A stretch of 64,000 nucleotides of DNA from a virus: the IMG/VR virus record IMGVR_UViG_3300045988_175722, positions 32,001 through 96,000 of that record; one strand, 5' to 3'. Shown piece by piece: positions 18,853-29,200 of the stretch. Within the stretch, counting starts at the first letter, position 1. Each line of letters begins with the position of its first letter. Under the pieces are notes generated by a model that saw only the letters and a list, made by a program, of their open reading frames with translations, did no database searches and was not told the DNA's origin. A program made the translations under genes and the position numbers.

Positions 18853-20856
18853 CTATACGTTCCTTCCGTCCGGCAATACGAACCAGCCGATATTGCCTCG
18901 CCAGAACTTGCAGCCAAGATATAAGGAGTCGAAGGCATCAGTGAAGTCTGTTCTCTGCTGCAACGGCAGGTTGTCTTCCGTCTCCGCTTTCTTCTCCTGA
19001 CTTTTATCCTTTCGGAATCCCTGGTAGCCGATGCTCACTTCACAGAGCTGCATGGCGATAATCAAATCGGGGTTCTGAGTCTGATTGATACGGATGGCAG
19101 GATATTCTATGCCGGCAAGAGAATTATTGATAATGCGATGTTTCACCTCGTGCTTCTCCGGCACACCCATATCTATCGCCGTCACATTCCATCCATTACG
19201 CTCCAATTCTTTAATTACAGCCTGATAGAATCTCTCATCAGTCAGTGCATACGATGCACCCTGCTTGGCGGTGGCATCGTAGAAGTAAACCACGTCTCTG
19301 TTGATGGCTCTCTTCGGAGCATAGTAATGCGAGAAATCATCTACCAACTCCCTCAGTTTGCGCTCGTTCTTCACATAAAAACTCTTGATAACATTCACTG
19401 CCTCTACTCCGTCACGCTGATATACCTGGCCTACCACCAGGGTATTGATGTTGGCATTATAGTCAAATGCGAGATAGAGAGGAAGGTCGTTCACGCAGTC
19501 AGCATCCATACGGCAATCGTTTCTCTCGGACAGTTCCTTCAAGTTCGGCTGATAACTTTCCGAAGTAATCTTCTTGCCGCCGATGATACCCATAGCCTTC
19601 TGGGTGCTCCAGTTGGCTTGACTCAGAGGGTCTATTCCCTCGTCAGGAATATAACCGTGAACATGATCTATATCCAGATTAGAATAGAAACCATCGTTCG
19701 ATTTCTTGATTTTTACGTTCAAAATACTGACCATGAAGGTGTAATTAGGCAAATCTCGCTTCATGGTGCGGATGTAGTCTTCACTCAATAAGTCCACATT
19801 GTCGAGGGTAGAAGCACGCCTAACGAGAAATGCCGAGCGGCGAAGCTCTCTCAGTTCGTCTTCCCGAAACTCTTTTGATTTGTCGAACTTTTGCATCTCC
19901 CACCATTCTTCATCAGTTACCAGATATTCGTAATCATAGATGAGTTCTGCATCCGCTGCATCCACCAGCTTGTAGTTTACCGCCATATCCACCATGTTCT
20001 TGGTGAGCTGGTTGCCGTGGTTAGGCAGAATCTTAAACTGCCCCTCGTGCTTAATCATCTTGAGGGCGATGGCACGTATCATCAATCTCAAATCGGGTGG
20101 CACGGCATGAGGGGTATGCCCGGTCTTTTTGGCATTATAGATAAGGTCGTTGTAACGGATAATCTTGTTTGCATAGTCTTCCAACTGCTCCTGCACCCAT
20201 CGGTAAGTCTTGCCTTGAAATTTACCTGATTCTATCGTAAGGTCAAGTTTCTCCTCCTCGCGCTCCAGCCAACTGCCCTTGGTAGTAAGCGAAGCATCAG
20301 ATAGGAATCTTGTCGATTTATAGAGTGGGTTGTAATCAGTAAAGTTGATGTTGCCCAAGGGGTGAGTCTGGCCTGATAATGCCGGCATCAACTCATCGGT
20401 TACTTTCTTGTAAGGGAAGAACCTGGCTTCGTCACCTACCATCGCGGAAAAAGTGTAACTGTTGGCACTTGCGGTCTGCGAGAGGGAGATGAGCACCCAC
20501 TGGGCACCATTCGCAAACCAAATAATATTGTCATAGCTTTTCGGCTTAAAGATAGCCTCACGGGCGTGCTTCGGTGGTCGTCCCCAACCGAAATGAATGC
20601 CCTGCGTAAAGCCGAACATTCTCTCCATGGCAGCCATGGTACCAGGAATAGTTTTGCCGAATCCCTGCTGCCGTGATACGGCTACCCAGGCTCCCAGCAT
20701 ACCGGGCATAGAGTTAGAAGCCATCCAGACGTAAGGAGCCACAAGACCGTCGGTTTTACCCACACGTCTTGCGGCAATCACCCTTTCATCCTTCGCAGCC
20801 ATATATAATGACTGCTGCTGGAATTTGGTTAGGTATATCAAATGTGGTTGTTGCAT
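18853..20856 (-). CDS. terL: terminase large subunit
   Basis: 667 aa. Walker A-like ARRVGKTDG and Walker B-like MVGDEARFF in the N-terminal half, and Asp-containing nuclease-like segments in the C-terminal half. Confidence 0.75.
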   Translation of the reverse strand: MQQPHLIYLTKFQQQSLYMAAKDERVIAARRVGKTDGLVAPYVWMASNSMPGMLGAWVAVSRQQGFGKTIPGTMAAMERMFGFTQGIHFGWGRPPKHAREAIFKPKSYDNIIWFANGAQWVLISLSQTASANSYTFSAMVGDEARFFPYKKVTDELMPALSGQTHPLGNINFTDYNPLYKSTRFLSDASLTTKGSWLEREEEKLDLTIESGKFQGKTYRWVQEQLEDYANKIIRYNDLIYNAKKTGHTPHAVPPDLRLMIRAIALKMIKHEGQFKILPNHGNQLTKNMVDMAVNYKLVDAADAELIYDYEYLVTDEEWWEMQKFDKSKEFREDELRELRRSAFLVRRASTLDNVDLLSEDYIRTMKRDLPNYTFMVSILNVKIKKSNDGFYSNLDIDHVHGYIPDEGIDPLSQANWSTQKAMGIIGGKKITSESYQPNLKELSERNDCRMDADCVNDLPLYLAFDYNANINTLVVGQVYQRDGVEAVNVIKSFYVKNERKLRELVDDFSHYYAPKRAINRDVVYFYDATAKQGASYALTDERFYQAVIKELERNGWNVTAIDMGVPEKHEVKHRIINNSLAGIEYPAIRINQTQNPDLIIAMQLCEVSIGYQGFRKDKSQEKKAETEDNLPLQQRTDFTDAFDSLYLGCKFWRGNIGWFVLPDGRNV

Positions 20857-20908
20857 ATTTTAAAATTTTGTTATCCTGAATGTATGTTGATTTAGCCGCG
20901 TCCTTGCG

Positions 20909-20950
20909 CCCGTTAGGCGTTCCTGCGGATTTGAAATCCGCAGACATGCC
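20909..20950. repeat. single iteron + palindrome unit (cluster Z)
   Basis: CCCGTTAGGCGTTCC-TGCGGATTTGAAATCCGCA, the same unit as in clusters X and Y. It lies between terL and the upstream minus-strand gene. Confidence 0.8.
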
Positions 20951-20964
20951 AGTTTTTTACAGTC

Positions 20965-21246
20965 TTAGAGAAATTTTGCGGGCTGGCAATCATCGATTAG
21001 CTTGCGTGTTTCTTTGGCACACTCAGCCACGCATCTCTCGACTGCCTCGGTGATGTCTTGAATTTGATTCTCACGCATATTGCCGTATTTATCGCAAGTA
21101 TCGTTTATTATTTTGTAGAGAACCTGATTTTGTAAAGCCTCCATATAATCTACGTACTCCTTGCAAGTACTGCGCCGAGGTGCTTGCACCCATTTAAGGA
21201 AGTCCTGTTTCCAGTCTTTCCATGTTTTTATTTTTATTACTATCAT
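20965..21246 (-). CDS. hypothetical protein
   Basis: 93-aa ORF co-oriented with terL. Confidence 0.5.
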   Translation of the reverse strand: MIVIKIKTWKDWKQDFLKWVQAPRRSTCKEYVDYMEALQNQVLYKIINDTCDKYGNMRENQIQDITEAVERCVAECAKETRKLIDDCQPAKFL

Positions 21247-21252
21247 TGTTGC

Positions 21253-21576
21253 TTACATTTTAAATTGTCGTTTCAAAAACTGGTTGCTCTTTATGAGTTC
21301 TATCATTTCTTCTTCTGAGTGTACTCCCTCCCAGAAGAGTTCGGTATGGTCTCCGACCCTATCTTCATCTACAGAGAAAGGCACGCCATAGTTAGTATAG
21401 GTTTCGCCGTGGTGTTGAATCAGGTGACGACCTGGATTTTTCCGGATGTTTTCTATCCAGACTTCATTATCACACTCGCACCATTTATTATACTCCTCTC
21501 CTGTCAGTGTCATATCAATACCGATAGGGTAGTGCCCGGAGCACCCATTGGTTCCGAAGTAAATAATCTTTGCCAT
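21253..21576 (-). CDS. hypothetical protein
   Basis: 107-aa ORF tightly packed in the minus-strand operon. Confidence 0.55.
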   Translation of the reverse strand: MAKIIYFGTNGCSGHYPIGIDMTLTGEEYNKWCECDNEVWIENIRKNPGRHLIQHHGETYTNYGVPFSVDEDRVGDHTELFWEGVHSEEEMIELIKSNQFLKRQFKM

Positions 21577-21588
21577 AATTTCGCAGAT

Positions 21589-22359
21589 TTAAAATAGGCT
21601 AGGCTGCGCCATTTCGAGCTGAATACGCTTGCAAGCCTTGTCGTAATATTCTTTGTTCAGCTCAAAGCCGATGAAGTTCCTCTTTTCTCTGATGCAGGCG
21701 ATTGCGGTAGTTCCGCTGCCCATGCAATTATCGAGAACGCACCCCCCCACATTAGTATAAGTACATATAAGATACTGGATAAGAGCTACTGGCTTTTGCG
21801 TAGGGTGGAAGGTATCGGCAGAATGTTCTTTATCAAAGCAGATAATGCTCTTTGGGAATTTTTCATCTGATACGATAGTAGGCACTTCTTTATGGTCTCC
21901 ATAACAGCCTCGCTTCAAACTATGCGAGCCATCTCCCCTTCGATGATTCCTTTGATGTGGCGCACATTTTACCATTTGAGGATTGTAGACAGGTTGTTTT
22001 CGATAAAATACAGCAATATCCTCATGTGAGCGCAGAGGCATCTTGTTGGCATTCAGAAAGCCTGTTACCCGTTGTTTGCTCCAAATAAGATTATATTTCC
22101 AGAGTTTCGGCTGCGACATCATAAGTTGTGCGGTAAACATACCTTGGCAGAAAAGGATAATGGCTGCATTGGGTTTGGTTATGCGCAGATATTCCTTCCA
22201 TAATGGCTCAAGCGGGATAATGCTATCCCAGCCACCGCCCTCACTCTTTTTATTGAGAACGCCATACGGCAAATCGCAGATAATGCAATCCACGCTTGCG
22301 TCCGGAATCTTTTTCATTCCTACCAGGCAATCCTCATTATAAATCTTATTTAATTCCAT
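21589..22359 (-). CDS. DNA methyltransferase, beta class (N6-adenine or N4-cytosine)
   Basis: Motif IV-like VDCIICDLPYG near the N-terminus. HPTQKP and motif I VLDNCMGSGTTAIA near the C-terminus. It contains an in-frame G7 tract (coding GG). Confidence 0.9.
   Translation of the reverse strand: MELNKIYNEDCLVGMKKIPDASVDCIICDLPYGVLNKKSEGGGWDSIIPLEPLWKEYLRITKPNAAIILFCQGMFTAQLMMSQPKLWKYNLIWSKQRVTGFLNANKMPLRSHEDIAVFYRKQPVYNPQMVKCAPHQRNHRRGDGSHSLKRGCYGDHKEVPTIVSDEKFPKSIICFDKEHSADTFHPTQKPVALIQYLICTYTNVGGCVLDNCMGSGTTAIACIREKRNFIGFELNKEYYDKACKRIQLEMAQPSLF
21742..21748. repeat. C7 homopolymer (G7 on the coding strand), in frame
   Basis: Inside beta-class MTase ORF 21589-22359, coding the GG just before motif I. 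Confidence 0.95.
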
Positions 22360-22379
22360 CCTCTATAAAACTGTTTTTA

Positions 22380-22977
22380 TCAATTAAACCATTTTAGAAT
22401 AGTTTCTCCTTTATATCCTTTTTCCCAGATAAACCAGGCATAGGCTTGAGCGCTACCAGCCATTGCATCGAAATCGCCATTGGCAGCACATTTCAGTCGT
22501 GAACTGCTTACCCATACTCTGCATGGAGGCTGTGTTCTAAACAGATGCCTTCTTCCTTTCCCTTCAAGAAAAGTAAGTTTTAGAAACATAGCAACCTTTC
22601 TTCCTTTCGGAATAATCTGCAAAGCCTTTTCCACGAACTCTAACGCAAATCGGTATGGTGGATTGGTAACAATATCTCCATTCCATTCTATGTTGTCGAT
22701 GGAAAGAAAATCTGCAACATCACCATAACCTCTATCTATCAAGTCACGGCTGACTACATCGTAGCCATGAGCCTTTAACACTTTGCTAATATGTCCTTCG
22801 CCGCAGGAAGGTTCCAAAATTACCCCCCCCCGTAAAATGCTCTATCTTACAGAGCCATTCGGTAGCTGCGGGTTCTGTGGCATAGTAGTCTTCTTTTTGG
22901 CGCTCACCATTTTTGTGATTGCTAGCGCCCAAAGTCTTAAACACGGCAGCCTTGCCGCCTACCCAGTCTTTTGCCAT
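22380..22977 (-). CDS. N6-adenine DNA methyltransferase, reading frame broken at a G9 tract (C9 on the plus strand)
   Basis: The two track ORFs (22786-22977 and 22380-22817) join as ...KIEHFTGGVILEPSCGEGHISK...DIVTNPPY... if the tract at 22823-22831 is 8 nt. Motif I (ILEPSCGEG) and motif IV (NPPY) are present. Confidence 0.8.
22823..22831. repeat. C9 homopolymer (G9 on the coding strand), breaks the frame
   Basis: Separates the two halves of the NPPY MTase. In frame at 8 nt. Confidence 0.95.
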
Positions 22978-23010
22978 AAAGTCTATAAACTATTAACTAT
23001 AAATTATTAA

Positions 23011-23238
23011 CTATCTTAACTTTCCAATGTGCCATTTCGAGCACACCTTGCACTGATAAGCCGTATATCCTGCAGCCATGATTTTTTGGTGCAGCTTCAG
23101 AAACTCGCAGGCTTCATCTTCACTCTCGTAGGCAACCTTGGCTTTCCAGCCGTGACTGCTTTTCCTCGTCCAGTGTTCCGGATCAGGACGGAAGGGAGGT
23201 ATCTTGTTGGGATGATGATTTCCGTATCGCTTACTCAT
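23011..23238 (-). CDS. small protein with possible zinc-binding C-terminus (hypothetical)
   Basis: 75-aa ORF with CKVCSKWH near the C-terminus. Confidence 0.5.
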   Translation of the reverse strand: MSKRYGNHHPNKIPPFRPDPEHWTRKSSHGWKAKVAYESEDEACEFLKLHQKIMAAGYTAYQCKVCSKWHIGKLR

Positions 23239-24016
23239 CGGCTGGTTCCTCCTTCATTTCTTTAGCCTGCTGACCAGCCTCCTTCTCTTCCATCACCTCT
23301 TCCATATAGTCGAAGTAATCAGGAGCTTTTTCCGGAGTAGCATTCAGACTCTCCTCATCGGCTATCTGCTGCATATCCTTCACCGTAAGACCGTACTTGC
23401 GAGCCATCTTGCGCTTATACTCATCGGTATAGTTGATGCGGTCGTGCTTCACGATGCTAACATCCTGCGTAATGGCAATGCGGCTCATATCCGGCATCTC
23501 ATCCGTAGCATCCTTATCCTCCACGAAGTTGCCATATACATTAGCCAGGGCTTGCATACCCTTATCCACCGCTCGGTCGTTGTTCTGCTGTTTGCCGGTA
23601 CGAATCAGCCATTCAGCGCTGCTCAGATACATCGCCTTGTGACGAGGGCTTTCATCGGTCTGGAAGAAACGGATGATGTGGTTGCATACCGCCACATCAT
23701 TATTCAGTTCCGTAACCGTTCGGGGTTTGATATTTCCTTCCTCGTCAATATCAATATGCAGCGCCATCACCATCTCCTGCGCCTCTTTGTTGCCCTGTCC
23801 TGCCTGGTTCACGAAGAGCGTATAATCGCGCCGTGCGATATTGCGGCAGGTGGTACGCGGGTCTATATCGTTGTTCTGCACCCATCGCTTGTAGAACTCG
23901 GCACAAATCTGCATGCGGTACCGCTGTTCCAGTTTGGGGAACATCGTCTCCATGCTGAGACCATTGGATAGCCACTTATCTATCCTCTGCAGGGTGTTTT
24001 GCGTTAATTGGCTCAT
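23231..24016 (-). CDS. hypothetical protein (possible small terminase or DNA-binding protein, by position only)
   Basis: First gene of the minus-strand operon that ends with terL. 261 aa with an acidic C-terminus. No motif recognised. Confidence 0.55.
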   Translation of the reverse strand: MSQLTQNTLQRIDKWLSNGLSMETMFPKLEQRYRMQICAEFYKRWVQNNDIDPRTTCRNIARRDYTLFVNQAGQGNKEAQEMVMALHIDIDEEGNIKPRTVTELNNDVAVCNHIIRFFQTDESPRHKAMYLSSAEWLIRTGKQQNNDRAVDKGMQALANVYGNFVEDKDATDEMPDMSRIAITQDVSIVKHDRINYTDEYKRKMARKYGLTVKDMQQIADEESLNATPEKAPDYFDYMEEVMEEKEAGQQAKEMKEEPADE

Positions 24017-24056
24017 TTTGCTTTGCAGTGTTTAATGTTATTTTTATATCTGCCCA

Positions 24057-24093
24057 CAAAATTACGAAATCACCCCTAAATGATTGGGACAAG
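24057..24093 (-). promoter_or_regulatory. Bacteroidota-type promoter, minus strand (-33 CTTGTCCC, -7 TAATTTTG)
   Basis: On the minus strand: CTTGTCCC, then a 25-nt spacer, then TAATTTTG. It drives the 24016-18853 operon. Confidence 0.6.
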
Positions 24094-24101
24094 GGGGATG
24101 C

Positions 24102-24188
24102 AGTTGATAGTTGATAGTTTATAGTTAACAGCATCCTTGCTCAAAGGCGCTAGCTTCTATAAACTATAAACTGTAAACTATCAACTAT
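24102..24188. promoter_or_regulatory. operator-like repeat set between divergent promoters
   Basis: The left arm AGTTGATAGTTGATAGTTTATAGTT faces the right arm CTATAAACTATAAACTGTAAACTATCAACTAT, giving repeated GATAGTT / AACTATC half-sites in inverted orientation. Confidence 0.5.
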
Positions 24189-24191
24189 ATT

Positions 24192-24228
24192 TTTGTCCCC
24201 GTCTTAGGGCAAAAATATTCTACCTTTG
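24192..24228 (+). promoter_or_regulatory. Bacteroidota-type promoter (-33 TTTGTCCCC, -7 TACCTTTG)
   Basis: TTTG at 24192-24195 and TACCTTTG at 24221-24228. Upstream of the holin-like gene. Confidence 0.7.
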
Positions 24229-24274
24229 TATCGTATTAAAGACAACATAGGATAACATTAAAAAGAAAAAAGAA

Positions 24275-24901
24275 ATGCAAAGTTTAATTCCAACCCTTAC
24301 CAGGTTTCTTGCAGCCATCATTGGCTTGTTGTGGTGTACACTGGAACCATCCCTTAACTACATCGCCGTATGCTTCTTCGCCCTTATCTGCGACTGCTAC
24401 ACGGCTTGGCGGTGCAACTGCCGCATCTATTCCCGCTATCGGGAGGCTATCAAGAAAGACCCTCGATGCAAAATCGACGGGAAACTGAAATCTAAGAAAA
24501 TGGCAAAGATGGTGAAAGATTTCTCCGTCCTCATCCTTGCGATATTCTTGGCCACGATGGTAGATACCGTGATACTCGATTTTCAGAACCCTTTCCATCT
24601 CGCCAACTATCTTGCTGCTATCTATTGTGGTGTGCAGCTCGTAAGTATTCTCGAAAACGAGAGTACCTGTAATGGGGCACCCTGGGCAAGAGTGATGCAG
24701 AAGATTGTGGCCGATAAAACCGAAAGGCACTTCAACGTGAAGCTGAAAGACTTGATGAAGGAAGAAGAGGAGGACAGCGAGAAAGAAGAGGTAAAGGATA
24801 AAGGTAAGGCAGATACAGATAATGCAGCCAAGCCGGATAATGGTGCAGATAAAGATGAGTGGATTCCGTCGAAATTAGGTGGAGATGCTTATGATATATA
24901 G
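24275..24901 (+). CDS. holin-like membrane protein
   Basis: Multiple hydrophobic helices and the segment VQLVSILENESTCNGAPW, resembling the SILEN...P signature of the phage holin 4_1 family. Long charged C-terminal tail. Confidence 0.55.
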   Translation: MQSLIPTLTRFLAAIIGLLWCTLEPSLNYIAVCFFALICDCYTAWRCNCRIYSRYREAIKKDPRCKIDGKLKSKKMAKMVKDFSVLILAIFLATMVDTVILDFQNPFHLANYLAAIYCGVQLVSILENESTCNGAPWARVMQKIVADKTERHFNVKLKDLMKEEEEDSEKEEVKDKGKADTDNAAKPDNGADKDEWIPSKLGGDAYDI

Positions 24902-24963
24902 TGCCAACAACTCTTAATTTCTGTACGCCATCAGTTAATAATGTGTTAAAATCCTTTTGAATT

Positions 24964-25566
24964 ATGACAATATCAAATGTTTTGGAACACTGGGCTACGA
25001 TATACAAGCCCTTATCCCATGACCCGACAAGCAAGAAGCTGGAGGATCAGAGTTTCTTTCGCATTCGTGATATTGATGAGGAAAATATCTTTTCCCGAAA
25101 CGCCAATATCATTCACTCTCCCTGTATGCTCTATCGTGTAGTTAACTCCGGAGAGCTAAAATCGGATAAGCAAGCCCTGATTACCTATCAGGTCTGCTTC
25201 CTTACCCGACTGAAAGATTCCTCTGCTACGTTGGGCAGATATGATGGCAGCAAATTGCAGGCTGCATCGGATGATCTGATGGAGTATTGCGAAGACCTCG
25301 CCTCTTATCTCACTCAGCTTCGCCGCACGGGTATCTGTCCTATCACTGGCAGAAACTTCAAGACGGAAGAGCCTAAGTTGGGCATAGAGTTATCATCCGT
25401 CGATATAGAGAGTTTTGCCTATGGTGTAAACCCTCTTTTCCGTGGTCCGAGCTGGCTCCTCGCTGATTGCTATTGGCAGACCATCCGTCCGCTCTATAAC
25501 TTCCAATGCGGGAAGGAGCAGAAATATATCATTCCTGCATCAACAGAAGACGGAAAGGAGGGATAA
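24964..25566 (+). CDS. hypothetical protein (virion/tail module by position)
   Basis: 200-aa ORF upstream of the tape measure gene. Confidence 0.6.
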   Translation: MTISNVLEHWATIYKPLSHDPTSKKLEDQSFFRIRDIDEENIFSRNANIIHSPCMLYRVVNSGELKSDKQALITYQVCFLTRLKDSSATLGRYDGSKLQAASDDLMEYCEDLASYLTQLRRTGICPITGRNFKTEEPKLGIELSSVDIESFAYGVNPLFRGPSWLLADCYWQTIRPLYNFQCGKEQKYIIPASTEDGKEG

Positions 25567-25569
25567 GCT

Positions 25570-26124
25570 ATGCCTATCAGAACCCAACCCATCAAGTCGC
25601 CTTTTGCCCCCTTAAAAGAGGTGGCAGGTGTATATCTGAAGCAAGCCCTTCTTGATATAGAAGTTAACTTCAATACCCAGAAGATTTATCCGGTAGAGGT
25701 ATATCGTGGCTACGAGAAGGTGAATAAATATCGTGAGGAACACGGCATGTGGTACTCTACGGGTGAAGGCAAGAAATCCTTTGAGGGTACGGTATATCAG
25801 GCTGATGAAAAGACGGGTAATCTGATGGTAGGAATCCGTTATAACGATTATCTCCGCTATGTGGATATTGGTGTAGGTTTGACGGGTGATCCTCGTGACC
25901 CTGCAGCCCATATCACTGCCGATAAGGTGGACCGCTCGAAAAAAGCCAAGTTCAAAACCCGCTATATCGGCAAGTGGGATAGAAGGGCAGGTAAATCTCA
26001 CCGTCCTGCCATCATGCGAACCGTCCGCAGGTTGAAAACGAGATACGAAAACCATCTTGCCGATTACTACGGCTATCAAGGCTTGTTACAGATAATGAAC
26101 GCCCTGGAAGACAAAGGCGATTAA
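25570..26124 (+). CDS. hypothetical protein (virion/tail module by position)
   Basis: 184-aa ORF immediately upstream of the tape measure gene. Confidence 0.6.
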   Translation: MPIRTQPIKSPFAPLKEVAGVYLKQALLDIEVNFNTQKIYPVEVYRGYEKVNKYREEHGMWYSTGEGKKSFEGTVYQADEKTGNLMVGIRYNDYLRYVDIGVGLTGDPRDPAAHITADKVDRSKKAKFKTRYIGKWDRRAGKSHRPAIMRTVRRLKTRYENHLADYYGYQGLLQIMNALEDKGD

Positions 26125-26132
26125 CCCATCTC

Positions 26133-26163
26133 GCCCCCGTTCCCGGTGATTCCATCGCCGGTC
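26133..26163 (+). repeat. 32-nt hairpin motif, copy 4 (compensatory stem variant)
   Basis: GCCCCCGTTCCCGGTGATTCCATCGCCGGTC. The stem CCGGTGAT/ATCGCCGG keeps pairing (A-T changed to G-C, plus one T-G). Confidence 0.9.
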
Positions 26164-26201
26164 TCATATCCCCCAAAAATAAACATTAAAAATAAAAAGC
26201 A

Positions 26202-29200
26202 ATGGCAAAGAATAAAACAGAGGCTATCATCACGCTCAATGGCCAGCAACCGCTCCAGGTACTGAAGCAGTTGCAGGAGGCTGCAGCGGGTATATCCGAG
26301 CAGATAGATGCGGCTCAGGCGAAGCTGAAAAACCTGAAGCCGAACACTGATCCATATAAAACGCTCGATGCCACCATCAAGGATTTGAAGAAGCAGTATG
26401 ATTTGCTGGCTTCTGCACAGATTAAGGATATAGCTGCCAATGAACGTTTGCAGAGTGTAGTGGACCAGCTTAGTAATACTTCTCTCCGCAATCTGCGCCG
26501 TGCATTGGGCGATGGCAAGCGTCAGCTCGAAGGTTTGTCGGAGGCAGAGCTGGAGCAGGCTAATTCCATCCGTGCGATGATGAAGGAAGTAGGCGATGAG
26601 ATACGTCTGCTCGAAGGTAAGTATGTGAAGATTAAAGAAGGATTGAAGGATGTTGATGAGCAATCCGACCAATGGCTCAGTAAGGCTCTTACTCAGCAGA
26701 GAGAACTCGTTTCCTCTTTAAAAAAAACCGATGCCAGCTATCAGTCTAATCTTGACACATTGAAACAACTGGAGGCGGAGGAGGATAGGCGCAAAGGCAA
26801 GATGAGTGTTTGGGAGGCTACTGGCATCGTTAACAGAAAGCACGCATCTGCATCTGATTTGCGCAGGGCAAAGACAACCCTCACGGAAGCTAGGGATAAT
26901 ACTGATTTATCTGATGAGAATAAGATTAATTCTTATAACGAAAGCCTTGCTACCATCGAAAAGCGTCTGGAGGCGGTTTCCGGTAAAGCTCAGAAGGCTT
27001 CTATGGATTCTATTACGCTCTTAAAAATTCTGAGTAACCCTAACGGACATCCTGCAGAAGATATTAAGGCGGCAATGGATGCTATTCAAAAGCAGATTCA
27101 AAAGTTGCCTGTAGGCTCACAGGAGGTGGCAAAACTCCGTCAGCAGTATGCTATGTTGGAGAAAGCCCTGAAAGGTACCTATCTTTCGCATAGTCAGCTT
27201 AATGATGTTATCGAGAGAGGAAGAAGGGGGAAAGCTTCTATCAATGAGTTGAAACAGGCTTACAATCAGCTTTCCGAAGAGTTGAATCAGTTAAACACCA
27301 AAAGCAAGGAGTTTAACGAGAAACAAAAAGAGCTGAAGGATTTAAAAAAGAATATCGATAATGCTACCGGGTCAATAAGCCAGCAAAGTAAATCCTGGCA
27401 GACGGCAGTGAAGAACCTTACGGCATACGTGGGTCTCTTCCAGGTCTTCAATGCTATCAAAGATACAGTTACTTCTGCTATCAAGAAAAACTTTGAATAT
27501 TCTTCGTCTTTGACGGATATTCGCAAGGTGTCCGGACTCACGATGCAGGATGTCAATAAACTGTCTGAGGAATTGGCTAAGATTGATACTCGTACTTCTG
27601 TTGATGGTTTGGCTCAACTTGCCTACCAGGGTGCAAAACTTGGTATGGGTAAGTATGGCGTGGAAGGTATGAAGCAGTTCGTAGCTGCTGCAGACCAAAT
27701 CAATGTAGCAATCGGTGAGGAGATGGGAGAGGAAGCGCTGCCGGCTCTGTCTAAGATGGTGGAGACGATGGGGCTTATCCCGAAGATGGGTATTGAAAAA
27801 GCGATGCTTGCTACGGGTTCGGCTATGTTCAAACTGTCTTCTACCTCTACATCTACATCTACTAATATCGTAGAGTTTGCCAAGCGATTAACCGGTGTGA
27901 GCCGTACTGCAGGTATCACTACCGACCAGTTGTTGGCTCTCGGTTCTGCATCCGATTCTCTCTTCCTGATGCCGGAGGTGAGTGCCACGGCGATGTCTAA
28001 GTTCATCGTAGCTTTGCAGAAGAATCATAACCTTATCGAGAAGGATTTGGGCATTCAGCAGGGTACTATCAAGAATATGTATGCCGCTGGCCATGCCATG
28101 GATGCCATCGTTCTTGTATTGGAGAAGATGCGTGACAAGGGCAACATGAATGCTCTTGGTGAAATCTTTAAAGACCTTGGTTCTGACGGACAAAGACTTA
28201 TTACTTCTATGGTAACTATGTCTAAGAACGTGGACGTACTGAAGGATCATCTCTATGAGTCTAAGGAGGCATTCGAGGAGGCAAGCGCTGTAACCAATGA
28301 GTACAAAATGCAGCAGCAGTCTGCTGCAGGTATATTGGATAGAGCCAACAACCTTTGGGAGAAGGCATTTGTCAACCCTGATGGCGTGGAGAGTGTAAAG
28401 GCTATGGCACAGGCTTGGTACGATATGTCGCAGATGATCTTGCAAAGTCCGGTGTTCAAGAATACGCTTCAGGCAGCCCTGTGGAGCGTGATAACTGCTT
28501 GCAAGGTATTTATAACCCTTCTTCCTCTTATCGCCAACTATTTCGCTGCTCTGGGTATTTACAAAACCGTTTCGTTTCTTTGGGAATTAGGCAAGGCTTT
28601 AAAAGCTGCAGCAGCTGCGCAAACGTTGTTTAATTCAGCAGCCAAGGTAAATCCTTATGTAGCTATTGCAAGTGCGATTCTTACCGCCGTAGGAGTGGTA
28701 TGGTCTTTTGCGGAAGCGAATAGAGAAGCTGCTGCTGCGGAAGCAGAGGCAACACGTAAAGCTAATTCCTGGAAAAAAACACTTAACGAGGCGGCAGTAG
28801 AAACGAGTAACCTTAACAAGAAACTCGATAATTATAAGCGAATGATGAATGAGGCGAACCTTTCGCAAAAGGAACGCCAAGGTCTCGTATCCAGATTCAA
28901 TCGGGATTTCCGCTCTTATATTGCTAATCTCGGTATAGAGATAAAGAATGTAAAAGACCTTCGTGACCATTATTCAGAGTTGGCACAGGAAGCGCAGAGG
29001 GCAACTTATTACCGTATGCGTGAGAAAGCCAAACAGCAGGCTTTGCCGAAATTTGATTCCGACAGAAACGCAGCTTCAAACGTTTTGATGGAAAAGGTTC
29101 GTGGTTTAGGTCTTGATAAGCTTGGAGTGTCTTTTCAGGATATAGACCGATGGGTCAGCAAGGGTGCAAGCGGTACCTCCGTGTTCTGGTACTTAGCTAA

